From NCBI RefSeq assembly GCF_036321535.1, contig NC_087467.1, forward strand, positions 19,034,001-19,098,000: DNA of 64,000 nt, written 5' to 3'. The stretch's first letter is position 1, and the number at the start of each line of letters is the position of its first letter. Origin of the DNA: Camelus dromedarius (lineage: Eukaryota). The notes under the pieces are model-generated. The model did not search any database and was not told the DNA's origin. It was given only the letters and a program-made list of their open reading frames with translations. The position numbers and the translations under genes were made by a program. Shown here piece after piece: positions 11,471 to 23,606 of this stretch.

Positions 11471-12765
11471 AATTCTAGGTTTTGATTTCTACAATACACT
11501 GTATCTGATTAAACAGATAAAGGTAAGTCTACCGGCGCTCTATGAGAAAATGATAGCAGGCAAAGCCTTCAAGAAAGAGAAATCAGATGTTTCTTCCTCT
11601 ACAGCTGAAGCGATGGGGGAAAGGAAGGAAAGGGGAAAGTGACGCCCTTAAAGCTCAACCCAGCCAGGCAGGGTTCATGGGAGACTGCTGTTCTTACACG
11701 AGCAAAGCATGTGGGAAACAGTAACTTCAGAAGACTCGGTTTTGCTGGAAGTTCAGAGAGAAAAAGAAAGCAAATAGCATGGGAAAGGAGTTCAGTGAAT
11801 TTATAAGAGAACAGAATCTCTATTCGCAGAAGGAATGACACTCTATAATCACAGGGACCAAAGGGAATAGGAACAAGAAAAAGCCACTGGAGGAAGGAGG
11901 AAAGGAAGCCAGATCGTGCCATGAAAGAGAGGTACTGTGAGAGATACAGCATAAAACAGGAATCTTAACAGTGTAAATATGCAAGCATATCTCTGAGCGA
12001 AGACGAGCCGACTAAACTTATTTTTAAATAATATAAAAAACAATGTTGATAAAAGCACTGATTTGAACCTCCACACCAGTCAATGGGGGAAAATTTCCCC
12101 ACAGAAGGATGTATTTTTATGTTTACCACTCCAAAATTTGGACATTTGAAAGAAAAAAATTCTCAGAATGTCTGGCAGGGCATTGTAAATTGGAGAAAAT
12201 AAATGTTAGTGATCTTGATTTGAAGAAATTAAACACTTAAGTAGCGGCTCCAAAGTATTCTTATTTAAACTACAGCCTAATAATTCTTCAAAAAAAAAAA
12301 ACAGGGAAAAAAAAGAAAGAAAATGAGCCAAAATAAAATTTATTTATAAGAATTAATAAAAGTGTGAAATAAAATGTAATGAAACTGTTCAAAAGTGGAA
12401 TTATTGTCTCAGAAGAAAGAAAATTTGGCAACAACAGAGTAAAGGTGAAGAAATTCTTGAAAAATTAAAAACTAAATGGGAAACGACGAAAGCTCTACTT
12501 GCTTTAAAGATGTCAGAAAATGTGAAGAAAATTACATAAAGGAGTAATGCCAATGACAATGAAAAATAAAATTAATGTTTCTATATCGTGTTTTTCAATG
12601 TAGAGAGTTTATGGAAAGAAAAAAAAAGATGTTCAGCTGAAGTTAGCTGAAAATCAATGAGCAAGGGTGTTAGTTCTGAGTAGACATAGTACAGATAATG
12701 AGAGAAAAGACAACAAGAATTAGAGAACTGTGGGTGGTGGTGGTTTTAATAAATTAAAAAAGAAA

Positions 12766-13250
12766 TATGGTTCAGCAAAAAAAAAAAAAGAACAAAATAA
12801 GGTCATTTGCAGCAACATGGATGGACCTGGAGATCGTCATTCTAAGTGAAGTAAGCGAGAAAGAGAAAAAAAGGAAAATACTATATGGTATCACTCATAG
12901 GTGGAATCTTAAAAAAAGGGGAAAAAAGGACACTATGAACTCATCTACAAAACAGAAACAACTCGCAGACATAGTAAACAATCTTATGGTTACCAGGGAA
13001 AGGGGGTGGGAAGGGATAAATTTGGGAGTTTGAGATTTGCAAATGTTAGCCACTATATATAAAAATAGATTAAAAAAAAAACAAAACAAGATTTTTTTCT
13101 GTATAGCACAGGGAACTATATTCAATATTTTATAATAATCTTTAATGAAAAAGAATATGAAAATGAATATAGTATGTATATGCATGACTGGGACATTGGG
13201 CTGTACACCAGACACTGACACACTGTGACTGACTGTACTTCAGTTAAAAA
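12766..13250 (+). mobile_element. Young L1 3' end (ORF2 terminus plus 3'UTR)
   Basis: SFAATWMDLEIVILSEVS ORF2 terminus, then the 3'UTR (gggaaagggggtggg, gggacattgggctgtacacc) and A-tail. Confidence 0.93.
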
Positions 13251-13272
13251 CAAACCAACCAACCAACCAACC
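13251..13272 (+). repeat. (CAAC)n microsatellite in L1 tail
   Basis: caaaccaaccaaccaaccaacc. Confidence 0.9.
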
Positions 13273-14428
13273 AGCAGTGAACTGAAGAAAAAAGAAATTC
13301 TGGATGGAGGTAAAATTGGGTTTATAAGCATAGAGTTATTCATTAAAGCCTTAGAAGTGGGGGAAAAAAGAAAGAAAGAAATATGGTACCCAAAGACAAA
13401 GTATTTCATTAATTTAATTTTTGAAAAATGTAACTTTTCATTTAAAAAAGTACTTACGGAAGCATTTAAAAAACAGAGAAAATGGTAGAGGTCAAAGCTG
13501 AACTATCAATGAAAAGACCAAGAAAACACATACACAAGAAAGCATCAATATGGAAATGTGAGCAGCATGGCTGCTCTTAGACCCAAGGACCCAGCTCTGA
13601 ATTTTGTACAGGAATTTTGAGCAAAAGAGCACAGTCCTTTGGTGCTTTTTCCAACATTCTTTGGGAGAACAAATAAATGACTAATAACACTGGAAGAGGT
13701 TTTAAATAAGGACAGTTTTAAAATGAGGAAGAGGGGTAAAAAATCTTATGATTGGACATGCCAGGTTTTCCTTTAAACCATTCCATTTACCAGAAGAGTT
13801 GCTGAAACATCCACTATCTTTATTCATCATCCAGAACTGTAATTTATTTTCTCACATATACGCAACCACAGAGACTTCAGCTCCAGAGGATTGGACCACG
13901 TCTTACTCCTCTCTGAATGCTGAATAGTAAGAACACAGCAAGTGCTCCATGGATGTGCACTGAATTGCACAGGATATGTGAACATATCATATATTGGTCT
14001 GATTAGCATCCTCATGCTAATTCATGAATGAGAAGAGAAATTAAAAGTAATCTGTAGGCTGAGTTGAGGTTGTTCCTAACTGTACATGTGATCAGTAGAA
14101 TAACGGATCAGTAGAACAACAAAGGAAAACACATATTGAATTGTAAAGTAGGAAATATAAAGTTGAAAAGGGATTTGGTGCACAGTAGTCAAAATGCATG
14201 CAGGTGACCCCAATTTGTATAGCACTTTCTTGCTCTACCGAGACGACACTTCTTCAACAGTGGTACTGCTAAGATCAGATGGGAGAAGACAGTGGTGAGT
14301 TTTTAAAATATACAAATTGTTCCTCGTCTGTTTTGTAGTTACAAATAACACTGAGGGCACTAGTGGACTTCAGGTGGGCCAGACTGTCAACAGAGAGGTC
14401 AGTTGAAAGGCTCAGGTGAGATGCTAAC

Positions 14429-14600
14429 TGTGATGAGATTTGTGTACCCCCAAAACTCATTTATTGAAGTCTTAACCCCTACTGCCTTAAAATGTGATGG
14501 TATTTGGAGACAAGGTCTTTAAAGAGGTAATTAATGTTAAATGAGGTCACTGTGGGGGCCCTAATTCAATATGGCTGGTCATCTTATGATAAGAGGTCAT
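14429..14600 (+). mobile_element. MLT1 (MaLR) LTR fragment
   Basis: tgtgatgagatttgtgtacccccaaaactcatttattgaagtcttaacccc...taaagaggtaattaatgttaaatgaggtc. Confidence 0.8.
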
Positions 14601-15079
14601 TAATTCACAGGAGTTCATTAACTTTAATTAGAACATATAGATTACTAGATAGATAAATGAGAAAGAAAGAAACAAACAAACAAACAAACGAACAGTAGTT
14701 ATATTTTCAAATTCCTTTTCTTTAACAGTACACACAGTGATGAATTACACATTTTCTGAGTTGATATCAGTCATAAATAGACAAGGAAGAGCTGTTGCTT
14801 AGAGCAGAGCACTAAGAGCTGACGGGTAACTGTGGAGGGACTGCTGGAGTCGGAACATCATCACTTTGCAAAACTATCATGGTCAAGATTGGATCAGGTC
14901 AGGACCATAAATGGAAGAGAAAACTAGGAGGAAATTGTGATGGTGATCAGGATATTTCCATGATCAAAAGTGTCTCTCTACAGACCACTTAATTGTAACG
15001 GAGAAAAACAGACTTATTATCCAGTAGAGAAATCGGCCCACAGCTTCGCCAATTATTAGCACCAATGGGGGCAGCCGGC

Positions 15080-15780
15080 CGTCCTGCACTTCAGAGGTGA
15101 TATCCTGAGAAGGATGTGGCATCACGTGTGCGGTGTTCTGGCCAGGAATGGATAATCTCATTCTCATTATGGGGAAATATCGTAAAAACAAACAGCTGAA
15201 TGTTCTATTAATAAAAAGGTGCAGTTGGGAGTGCAATCTTCCAAATGTCAGTATTACAAAAGGGAAAAAAAGGCTGTGGAAATGTTTCTGAAGACAGGAC
15301 ACTGAGGCATCAGGACAGCAAAAATCAGTACCTGACTCGACCCTTGATTCTGTATTGGAAGGAACGATTATGCTATTATAACAATTTACTAGGTGAACTG
15401 ACAAAATTGGAATCTGGACAGAAGATGAGCTGAAAATATCATACCCATGTAAATTTCTGAAGCTAAGAAATGGATTGGAATTATGTAAGTGAATATCCCT
15501 GTCACTGAAGTATTTAGGGGTAAAGGATCCTAATGTATGCAATTTACTCTAAAATTTTTCAGGAAAATAATTATGCACATCTAAATATGATAGATGGATA
15601 TCGATGGACACATAGAAAGGAGAAGAGAGAGAAGAACAAAAGAGAAACAATCAAGCAAATGTGTAAATAAACAACAGGTGAACTTCGGTAAAAGGCATGT
15701 GGGTGTTTGGGGTATGACTTTTACTTTTGCAACCATTTCAAGTTTGGTATTCCCCCCCAAATTTTTTTAATTTAAAAATT
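15080..15780 (+). mobile_element. L1MC-type 3'UTR relic
   Basis: ctgagaaggatgtggcatcacgtgtgcggtgttctggccaggaatggataatct... matches L1MC4/5-like 3' end; explains the 192-aa antisense ORF. Confidence 0.7.
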
Positions 15781-16741
15781 TGAGGGTAACCACAGTAAGA
15801 ACAGAAGCAGAATTATCATTGCTACTACGGGTCTCCGTATGTGATGAGGCCTGAGCTGGGTGCCCAAGCAGATAAAGCAGAAAAGACCTGAGAAACTGTG
15901 ACAATATGTGTGCTGATCCATGCACGTGAGACAGGATGCAGTACTCCCCTTGCCCTGAACTCTGCTTCCATTTGGTGCCCTTAATATCTAAAGAACACAA
16001 GGTGAAGGATGCCAGCAAAACAAGTTTAAGCAAAGAGATAACGTGAAAGTTATGATATACCTCCATTACCGAATTAATAAAGTGCTTTCTTCTTTTCTAT
16101 GTCCCCAGAGGCTGTGTTGTGATGCTTTACTGAACGGGAAAGATAAAGTCAACCTTACAGTTTGTATAAGAGAAAAAAAACCTGCCTCTAAATATTACAA
16201 GTGATGTGAGCTTTGTTTGAGGGTTCTTTTTTAGTCACTGAAATGTAATCCAGTTTTTAAACACAATTTAGACAATTTTCATTCACCATGTTTCATATTA
16301 ATACGTGTTTACCACAGTGGCTTAAGTTTTAGATGATTTTTTCCTCACTTTTATTTCATAAAATATGGGGAAAGTGTCAATAACAACAGTGTAACACATC
16401 AAAACAAAATGTGCACTCTTGGTTAACTCAAGGATGCTTTTATGCTACTGCTCTGTTTCGAATCCACTATGAGAACAGATTTTTGTCTTATTTTCTTGTC
16501 TTTAGCAAAATATCCAAGCTACAATCGTACTGAAAAGGAGAAGACTAATGAGGAGACTGATCTAATAGTCAACAACTGGCTTTAGAGAACCAATGATGAT
16601 AATTTCTTAAATTAACTTCCCTCCCAAAAGAGATGGATAAAAAATTGGATGATTTATGGTGTTTTCTTAGTGATTAATGACAAATGGTTGAGATACCTAC
16701 TTTTTTCAAAATCCTCTTGCTGCTTTCAGCTGAGTGCTTAC

Positions 16742-16800
16742 CTTAACATTAGACACATTAAGTATTTAATGAATTTTGTCGTGTTTTGGTAGGAATCCAT
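16742..16800 (-). CDS. Putative exon 1 coding part (MDSYQNTTKFIKYLMCLML-S)
   Basis: In-frame TAA directly before ATG at 16800; donor TTA AG|gtaagc; phase 2 joins exon 2 to make AGC (Ser). Confidence 0.5.
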
Positions 16801-17334
16801 TTAGGGAAAATCTTTGTCTCACCAGCCATGCATACAGATAGATTTTTACCATTTTCAGGTGCCTGTTCTATCTGGTTCTGGCCTCTCATCAAAATTTTGC
16901 TTCCTGCCCCACACACTTCCCACCCCACATCTGACTGCCCCAATTATTCTCAAGTATTAGGATTTGTGAAACCATCAAAGCCCCTATACTGCAGCCTTTC
17001 TAACATTCTTTATTCATTTACTATTCTGAATTCTAAACTACAATACACATAGTTGCAAACTATGGTACAAATAGACCACTGAGAATTTCAATTACAGAAC
17101 TTAAACCCCTAAAAAGCACAGACAGATATATATTAACTGTAACTTATGCTGTAAATAGCTTCGTCCCTCTTGGGTATGAAATTCAGTATAGCCAAGGTCT
17201 CTTGATTGACAAAGAAATGTAATACCAAAGTGGAGCTTGGAAAAACTACTACCCCTCCAAATCATGTTCCTTACATCTTAACATCCCAGGAGACCACAGG
17301 GAAGAGACGTGGTCCTGTGACCAGCTTAGAAATA

Positions 17335-17818
17335 CAGCAGTCCTCCCTGATCTGTGGTTTTGCTTTCCATGGTTTGCTACCCATGGTCAACCACAGTTGG
17401 AAAAGATTAAATGGAAATTTCCAGAAGTAAACAATTCATAAGTTTTAAATTGCATTCATGATGAAATCTATGCCCATCCTGCTCCATCCGGCCGTGAATC
17501 ATCCCTTTGTCCAGAATATCCTGCCCATTAGTCACTTAGCAGCCAGCTGCTGTCCAGTTATCAGACCTACTATCTCAGCATCGTAGTGCTTGTATTCAAG
17601 TGACCATTATTTTATTTAATAATGGCCCCAAAGCTCAAGGGTAGTGATCCTGGCAATTCGGATATTCTCTTACTGTGCCTAATTCATGAATTAAACTTTA
17701 TCATAGGTAGGTATGTACAGGAACAAAACAGTATATATAGGGCTTGGTACGATCTACGGTGTCAGGACTCTGCTGAAGGTCTTGGGACACACTCCCTGTG
17801 GGCGAGGGGGGATGACTG
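17335..17818 (+). mobile_element. MER44 (Tigger7-derived, TcMar) DNA transposon
   Basis: Ends cagcagtcctccctgatc... and ...gaggggggatgactg are imperfect TIRs with TA TSD on both sides; internal aataatggccccaaagctcaagggtagtgatcctggcaattcggatat. Confidence 0.88.
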
Positions 17819-19299
17819 TACACCATTACAGCTTTGAACTCTGTCTCTGGTTACAAATATACTCGTTAGGCAACAGCCAGAACAGACAAGGAGACAGAGA
17901 CAGGGGATCCCACTTGGAACTTTGGCTTCTGTAGGGTTTCAGGTGGGTTACTTACAGCAAAAGAAGAAAACATGCATCTCTCTCTATAAAGTGTCAGGAC
18001 TATTTAGCCAAGTTTACAGAATTTTAAAGAGAAGGCTACACAGTACCAGAGCTAATTCACCAAGTCTCAGTATGGCTTTGCCCTAATGGGACAAATTTCA
18101 GGGCATATTCTCGGTATGAGTAAGGACCTGCACAAACAAGGAAATCACCAAATTCTTGTTACACAACAGAACTTTTATGCCTGAGGTTTGTATTTCCACC
18201 CTGAAAGACCAAACACTCCCAATCTATGCTTCTTCTTTTAAGGGAAGGCTAGTCTATGTAAGTCTCTAATGGTTCTTGATGCAATTTAACCATCAGCAAA
18301 GTTACGTTCGAGAGGAGGAATTAACCAGCTCTCAGCATCTCCGGCTTATTTCCAGAGACCCAGGAATCCAGTTCCCACAGTCCCCTCCTTTATTCTTCAG
18401 GGGATTTGAGTCTGAGTTTAGTCTAAAAACTATGATCACCAAACCGTTTCTCTTCTACCCAGGCTTCTGCTGGAGCTTATACAAAAAGACCAGGGTCTAA
18501 ATCTTGTAAGGCAATTACTTAATAACTCATTATGACTGCTTCAAATGTTGATGCATTTAAACTACTGAGGAGACATGGCTCTCTCTGACCTCTCTCTCTA
18601 TAAAATGTCGGTTCTTTCTAACAAATACTGAGCTTCATTTATTTATAAAGTAAGTAAAACCCTCAATAATTTTTTTTAAAAAACCTTAATAATTCTCCTG
18701 TTGAGCTTCTTTGTTTGGTTTAATTATCTAGTTAGCATCACTTAATTTGAAACACCACTGAACGTTTTCAGAGGAAAAGCCACCTCCTCTTAAAGGAGCA
18801 TTTACAATGAACTTTTAAACAAAATAAATGATTTCAGCACTACTCTTCTCAAAAAGTCAAAACCATTATTAAGACGTTTCTTAGTGAGATTTTATTTCTC
18901 CTCCGTGCCAAGCACAGGACTGACAAACCTTGTCTATGCAGGTTGAAAAACAAAGATTATCCATAAAAATCGTCCTTAAAATTATTCGTGAGCCCAAGCA
19001 TTTTCAGAAGTGAATAACACGGATCCTCAGTTTTTCTCATAACCCACCTATCTAAAATAATTTATAAAGAAATTAAATGATTTCAAGGATCCCGAGGGCT
19101 AGGATATTCTGAATCTCCATGGAGCCCTGAGTAAGGGTACAGTTTTTGATAACATGGGGGCCAAAGTCCTGGACTTGGCTTTCCAACTGTCCATCTAATT
19201 TACTGGTAACACAACTGGGCCATTTATCTGCTCTCCATATCCCTCAGTTTCCACACCCACACAAGGAAGATGGTGTAAGAACCAGCTCCACAGAAACAG

Positions 19300-19800
19300 A
19301 GTGAGAATTATTCTTTCAACAAATACTTGTTACATAACTAATATCTGATGGCCATTTGTTTCAAGTGCAGGGTGATGTAAGAGTGATCAAGTCAAGTTAC
19401 ATCTTCATTGAACTTACAATCTAGTAGGAAAAATAAGCAGTAAACAAATAACAACAACAGAGTGGATTCCATCTTGGTAGATGGTATGAGAGGACACCCA
19501 AAGTGAGCAGAGATCGGAAGGAAGAGCCCATGCTTTTTCATCACCTAGGTAAAGGAATCTGGGAGAAGGTCATCATGGACAGATAAAAGGCCAGGGGCAA
19601 AACCCTTGAGGACTGGACTGTCAAGGAACTGAAAAAGGTCTATGTAACTGTGATCTAGAAAGCAAATGTGAGACAGAAGCTGTAGAGGAGTAAAGGACAA
19701 GATCATATAGGCTTACTGTCCACCTTAAGGGCTTGGAACTTTATCCTAAGAGCAATGGAGAGTCATTCAAAGATGTTAGGTATATTGGTGACAAGATAAG
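19300..19800 (-). mobile_element. L2 relic
   Basis: aagatcatataggcttactgtcc...gaactttatcctaagagcaatggagagtcatt L2 antisense signature. Confidence 0.7.
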
Positions 19801-19809
19801 AACGTGTTT

Positions 19810-20410
19810 TTTAAAAGTAAATCTAAATAGACAACATGAATAGGCCTATATCTAGTAAGGATATTGAATTAATAATTAATAATCTTCCAAAAGAGAAAGC
19901 ACCAGGCCCAGGTGGGTTGAGACCTACCAAATATTCAAGAAAGAAGTTCTTCCAATTCTCTCCAATGTCTTCCAGAAGACAGAAGCGGAAGAAGTACTTT
20001 CTAACTCGATCTACAAAGCCAGCATTGGCCTAATACCAAAACCTGACAAAGACATCACAAGCAAACTGCAGACCTACATCAGCAACAAATACAGATGCAA
20101 AATCCTTGAGAAAATTTTAGCAAATCAAATTCAACAATATATAAAAAGAATTATACACCACAACCAAGTGTGACTTGTCCCAAATATACCCAAGGCTGGC
20201 TCAACATTTAAAAATCAGTTAATGTAATCCATCATATCAATGTGTTAAAGGAGGAAAATCACATGATGATGTCAATAGATACAGAAAAGGCATCTGATAA
20301 AATCCAAGTCATTCATGATTAAAAAACTCAGCAACTAGGAATAGAAAGTAGGGTTCTCAACTTGGTAAAGAATATCTATAGCTAACATCATACTTAATGG
20401 GAAGAAACTA
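19810..20410 (+). mobile_element. L1 ORF2 (RT region) fragment
   Basis: MNRPISSKDIELIINNLPKEKAPGPGG and atgatgtcaatagatacagaaaaggcatctgataaaatcc are L1 RT sequence. Confidence 0.88.
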
Positions 20411-20940
20411 GCCCTTGTCAGTCTCACGTCTTTTGCAAATATATTCTCCCACTCTGTAGCCTGACTTTTTGTTTTGCTTATGGTTTCCTTTGCTGTGCAA
20501 AAGCTTATAAGTTTAATTCAGTCCCACGTGTTTATTTTTGCTTTTATTTCTATTGCCTGTGTAGACTGCCCTAGGAGAACATTGCTAAGATTTATGCCAG
20601 ATAAGGTTTTGCCTATGTTTTCTTTTAAGAGGTTTATAGTGTCTTGTTTTATATTTAAGTCTTAAGCCATTTCGAGTTTATTTTTGTGTATCGTGTGAGG
20701 GAGTGTTCTGACTTCACTGATTTATATGCAGCTGTCCAGTTTTCCCAACACCATTTGCTGAAGAGACTGTCTTTTCTCCATTGTATATTCTTGCATCCTC
20801 TGTCAAAGACTGACCAAAATTTTGTGTGTTTATTTCTGGGCTCTCTATTCTGTTCCATTGATCCATATGTCTGTTTTTATACCAATACCATGCTGTTTTG
20901 ATTATTGTAGCTCTGTAATACTGTCTGAATTCTGGGAGGG
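20411..20940 (-). mobile_element. L1 ORF2 fragment, opposite strand
   Basis: Track [43 protein letters not shown] is L1 ORF2. Confidence 0.92.
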
Positions 20941-20944
20941 TTAT

Positions 20945-21290
20945 TCCCTCAGCTTCATCCAAATTCCTTATTTATCCCTCCCTCATGCATTTCCCCTTAG
21001 GTAACCATAAGTTTATATTTTCTGTGATTTGTTTCTGTTTTGTAAATAAGTTCATTTGTATCAATTTTTTTTAGATCCACATATAAGTGATATCATATGC
21101 TATTCGTCTTTCTCTGTCTGACTTACTTCACTTGTATAATAATCTCTAGATCTATCCATGTTGCTGCAAAAGTATTATTTCATTCTTTTCTATGGCTGAA
21201 TAATATTACATTGCATATATATACACCACATCTTCTTTATCCATTCATATATAGAATACTTGGATTGTTTCTATGTCTTGGCTCTTGTTA
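20945..21290 (-). mobile_element. L1 3'UTR/ORF2 end fragment
   Basis: ttccccttaggtaaccataagttt...gatccacatataagtgatatcatatgctattcgtctttctctg. Confidence 0.88.
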
Positions 21291-21790
21291 AAGTGTTTCT
21301 GAGTATCTCTTTTTGCATAGCATTTTTAGTGGTTCCTCTAGGTATTATATACACTTAACCACATTCTACAGGTGTTGACAATTTACTAGTTTGGTGAGGT
21401 ATAGAAATCTTACTTCCATTTATGTCCTCTGACCTCACCAATTTAAAATATAATTGTCTTAAATATTTCCTCTACATTACTGAGAGCCACACCAGGCAGT
21501 GTTATACTTTTTGCTTCAACCATCAAAAAGAACTTAGAAAACAATAACAGAAGGATATGAATCTCCCCATATTTTAATTCTTCCCATTGTTCTCTCTTTT
21601 TTTCTCATATTCATTTATTTTCTATTTAGAGAATTTCTCTCAGCCATCTTTTAGGACAGATCTCCTGTGACAAATGCTCTTAGTTTTCTTTCATCTGAGA
21701 ATGTCTAAATTTCCCCTTCTACTAAAGAATGTTTTTGCCATATAGAATTGTAGGTTGACAGTTTCTTTTAATTACTTTTAAGATTCTAGA
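21290..21790 (-). mobile_element. Old L1M relic
   Basis: T-rich ttctgagaatgtc...aagaatgtttttgccatatagaattgtaggttgacagttt typical of antisense L1M. Confidence 0.55.
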
Positions 21791-22505
21791 GTTAATAAAA
21801 ATTAGTAAAATATTCTTCCTCTTCGCTAGAGATTCATTAGGTCTTTATATGTCAAAATGTCCTTACCTCTTCTCTTTTTTTTTTTTTGCACGTTTTCCTG
21901 CTCACTGTTTCACTCCTACGTTCACTTCCTCCCTACATTCATTTCCTTTTAGCTTTTCCCACTGAACTGTAGGTTCCTTGAGAAGAATAGCTCTCTTATG
22001 CAATTCATTTGCCATTTCTCAAAGAGTTTAGTTCAGTGTCTCTCACATATCATTTGGTCAATAAACTGCTGTTAAATTCCAGCCATGGGAATGCTGCATT
22101 ACAGTGTTTCAGTTCTCTTTTTCCATCAGTGAACTAAACAGCTTCTTAGTAAACTAATTGAACCAATGGATCTTCTCTAGCTTCCTAAGTCATGAGCAGG
22201 GAATAATTTAAGAGCCAGACTTGCTGAAAAACCTCTCTAGGGTTTATATTGCTATAGAAACAGGGAAAATTCCTTATCATTTACCATAGCTGATCACTAA
22301 TTTTTTTAGATTATACAAACAAAACCATCAACTAACTCATACTAATAACCACCTACAGAGAATTCCACTGGGTAGGAAAAACGTCAATTACCTGAAGTCT
22401 AGAAGGTTGAAGACTTTCCAGAAAACAGATTGGGTATTATTTCTGATATAATTTTTAAATGTTTCAATAGGTTAACCAAAATAGAATTCAGAAAACTGCA
22501 AAATA

Positions 22506-22640
22506 GGAGGGAGCGTATAGCTCAAGTGTAGAGTGCATCTTAGCACGCACAAGGTCCTGGGTTCAATCCCCAGTACCTCCTCTAAAAAAATAATAAATAA
22601 ACCTAATTACCCCCCACTCCCAAAATAAATAAATAATAAA
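22506..22640 (+). mobile_element. Vic-1-like SINE
   Basis: SINE head plus A-rich tail; 16-bp TSD agaaaactgcaaaata / agaaaactacaaaata. Confidence 0.93.
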
Positions 22641-23582
22641 AGAAAACTACAAAATAATATTTTCTAAATGGAAATTTTACAATAGAAACATGGGCTGCTC
22701 TTATCAATATTGCCCTAATTTATAGTAAAACATTGTTTGAGACAAATGAAATCAAAATACACAGTGAATTTTCACATCTCACAGTGTAGATGACACTATA
22801 GAGATACGATATTCATTGTCCTGAGGGTTATAATGGTCATGGGAAACAGAGGATCCCTGAACCCAACAGTTTACAATTCTAGCCAACAAGTATCTTTTCA
22901 GCACCCTCCAGATATTAGGCAACTCTGAAGTGTGAAATAAGATATAGTCTGGTCCCACAAGAAACTCTACTTCTTTCCAATGCTGCCTGCATCTTCCATT
23001 ACCCCATCCCTGTCACACTTACACTGCTTTTCTCCATCATTCGCTTGTAGCTAGTGCAAAATGTACAGTTCTTATGTGCACTTGACTGGACGCAGGGTCA
23101 GCTGTAACACAGGATCAAGTATGAAACGTGGGGGGATGCCAAGTTGTGATGCTGCATGGTCCAGGAGGAGGAGTGAAGAGCTCCTGATTCCACACGCAAG
23201 ACTCCTTCGTTATCTTTGGCTGAAATCGGAGTCCCGTCTCTCTCTCTCAAAACTCCATGATATTTGTGCACGGAGACAGCCCTGAGCCTTCCCTTCTCAC
23301 TCAGCTAAAGTGAGGACCACAGAAAGGGAGGAAGTGCAAGGAGCACAGGAGCTGTTCCAGCTGGAGCAGAAACGATTCTTTATTCTTGCCATGGCCCCTG
23401 TCCTTGGTTGATTCAAATCCTGGTGAACCATCTCCACCCATAAACTAGAATGGACCTTTTCCTGACTGTGTGTTTATTTCATTTAAAAACCTCTTTCAGG
23501 AGATTTTGGGGAGATGGTGGCTGGGGTGGCAGCATAGATTTGGGACCTTCATAAACCTGATCCCTCCCCTTAGTCATCACTC

Positions 23583-23606
23583 CACACACACACACACACA
23601 CACACA
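23583..23606 (+). repeat. (CA)12 microsatellite
   Basis: Direct reading. Confidence 0.95.

Noticed and set aside
14964-15542. Longest ORF in the track (192 aa, minus strand)
   Set aside because: Antisense read-through of an L1MC 3'UTR relic
16109-16585. Two plus-strand acceptor-led frames (RLCCDALLNGK...; AKYPSYNRTEKEKTNEETDLIVNNWL*)
   Set aside because: No good donor gives a compatible phase between them; weaker than the minus-strand model
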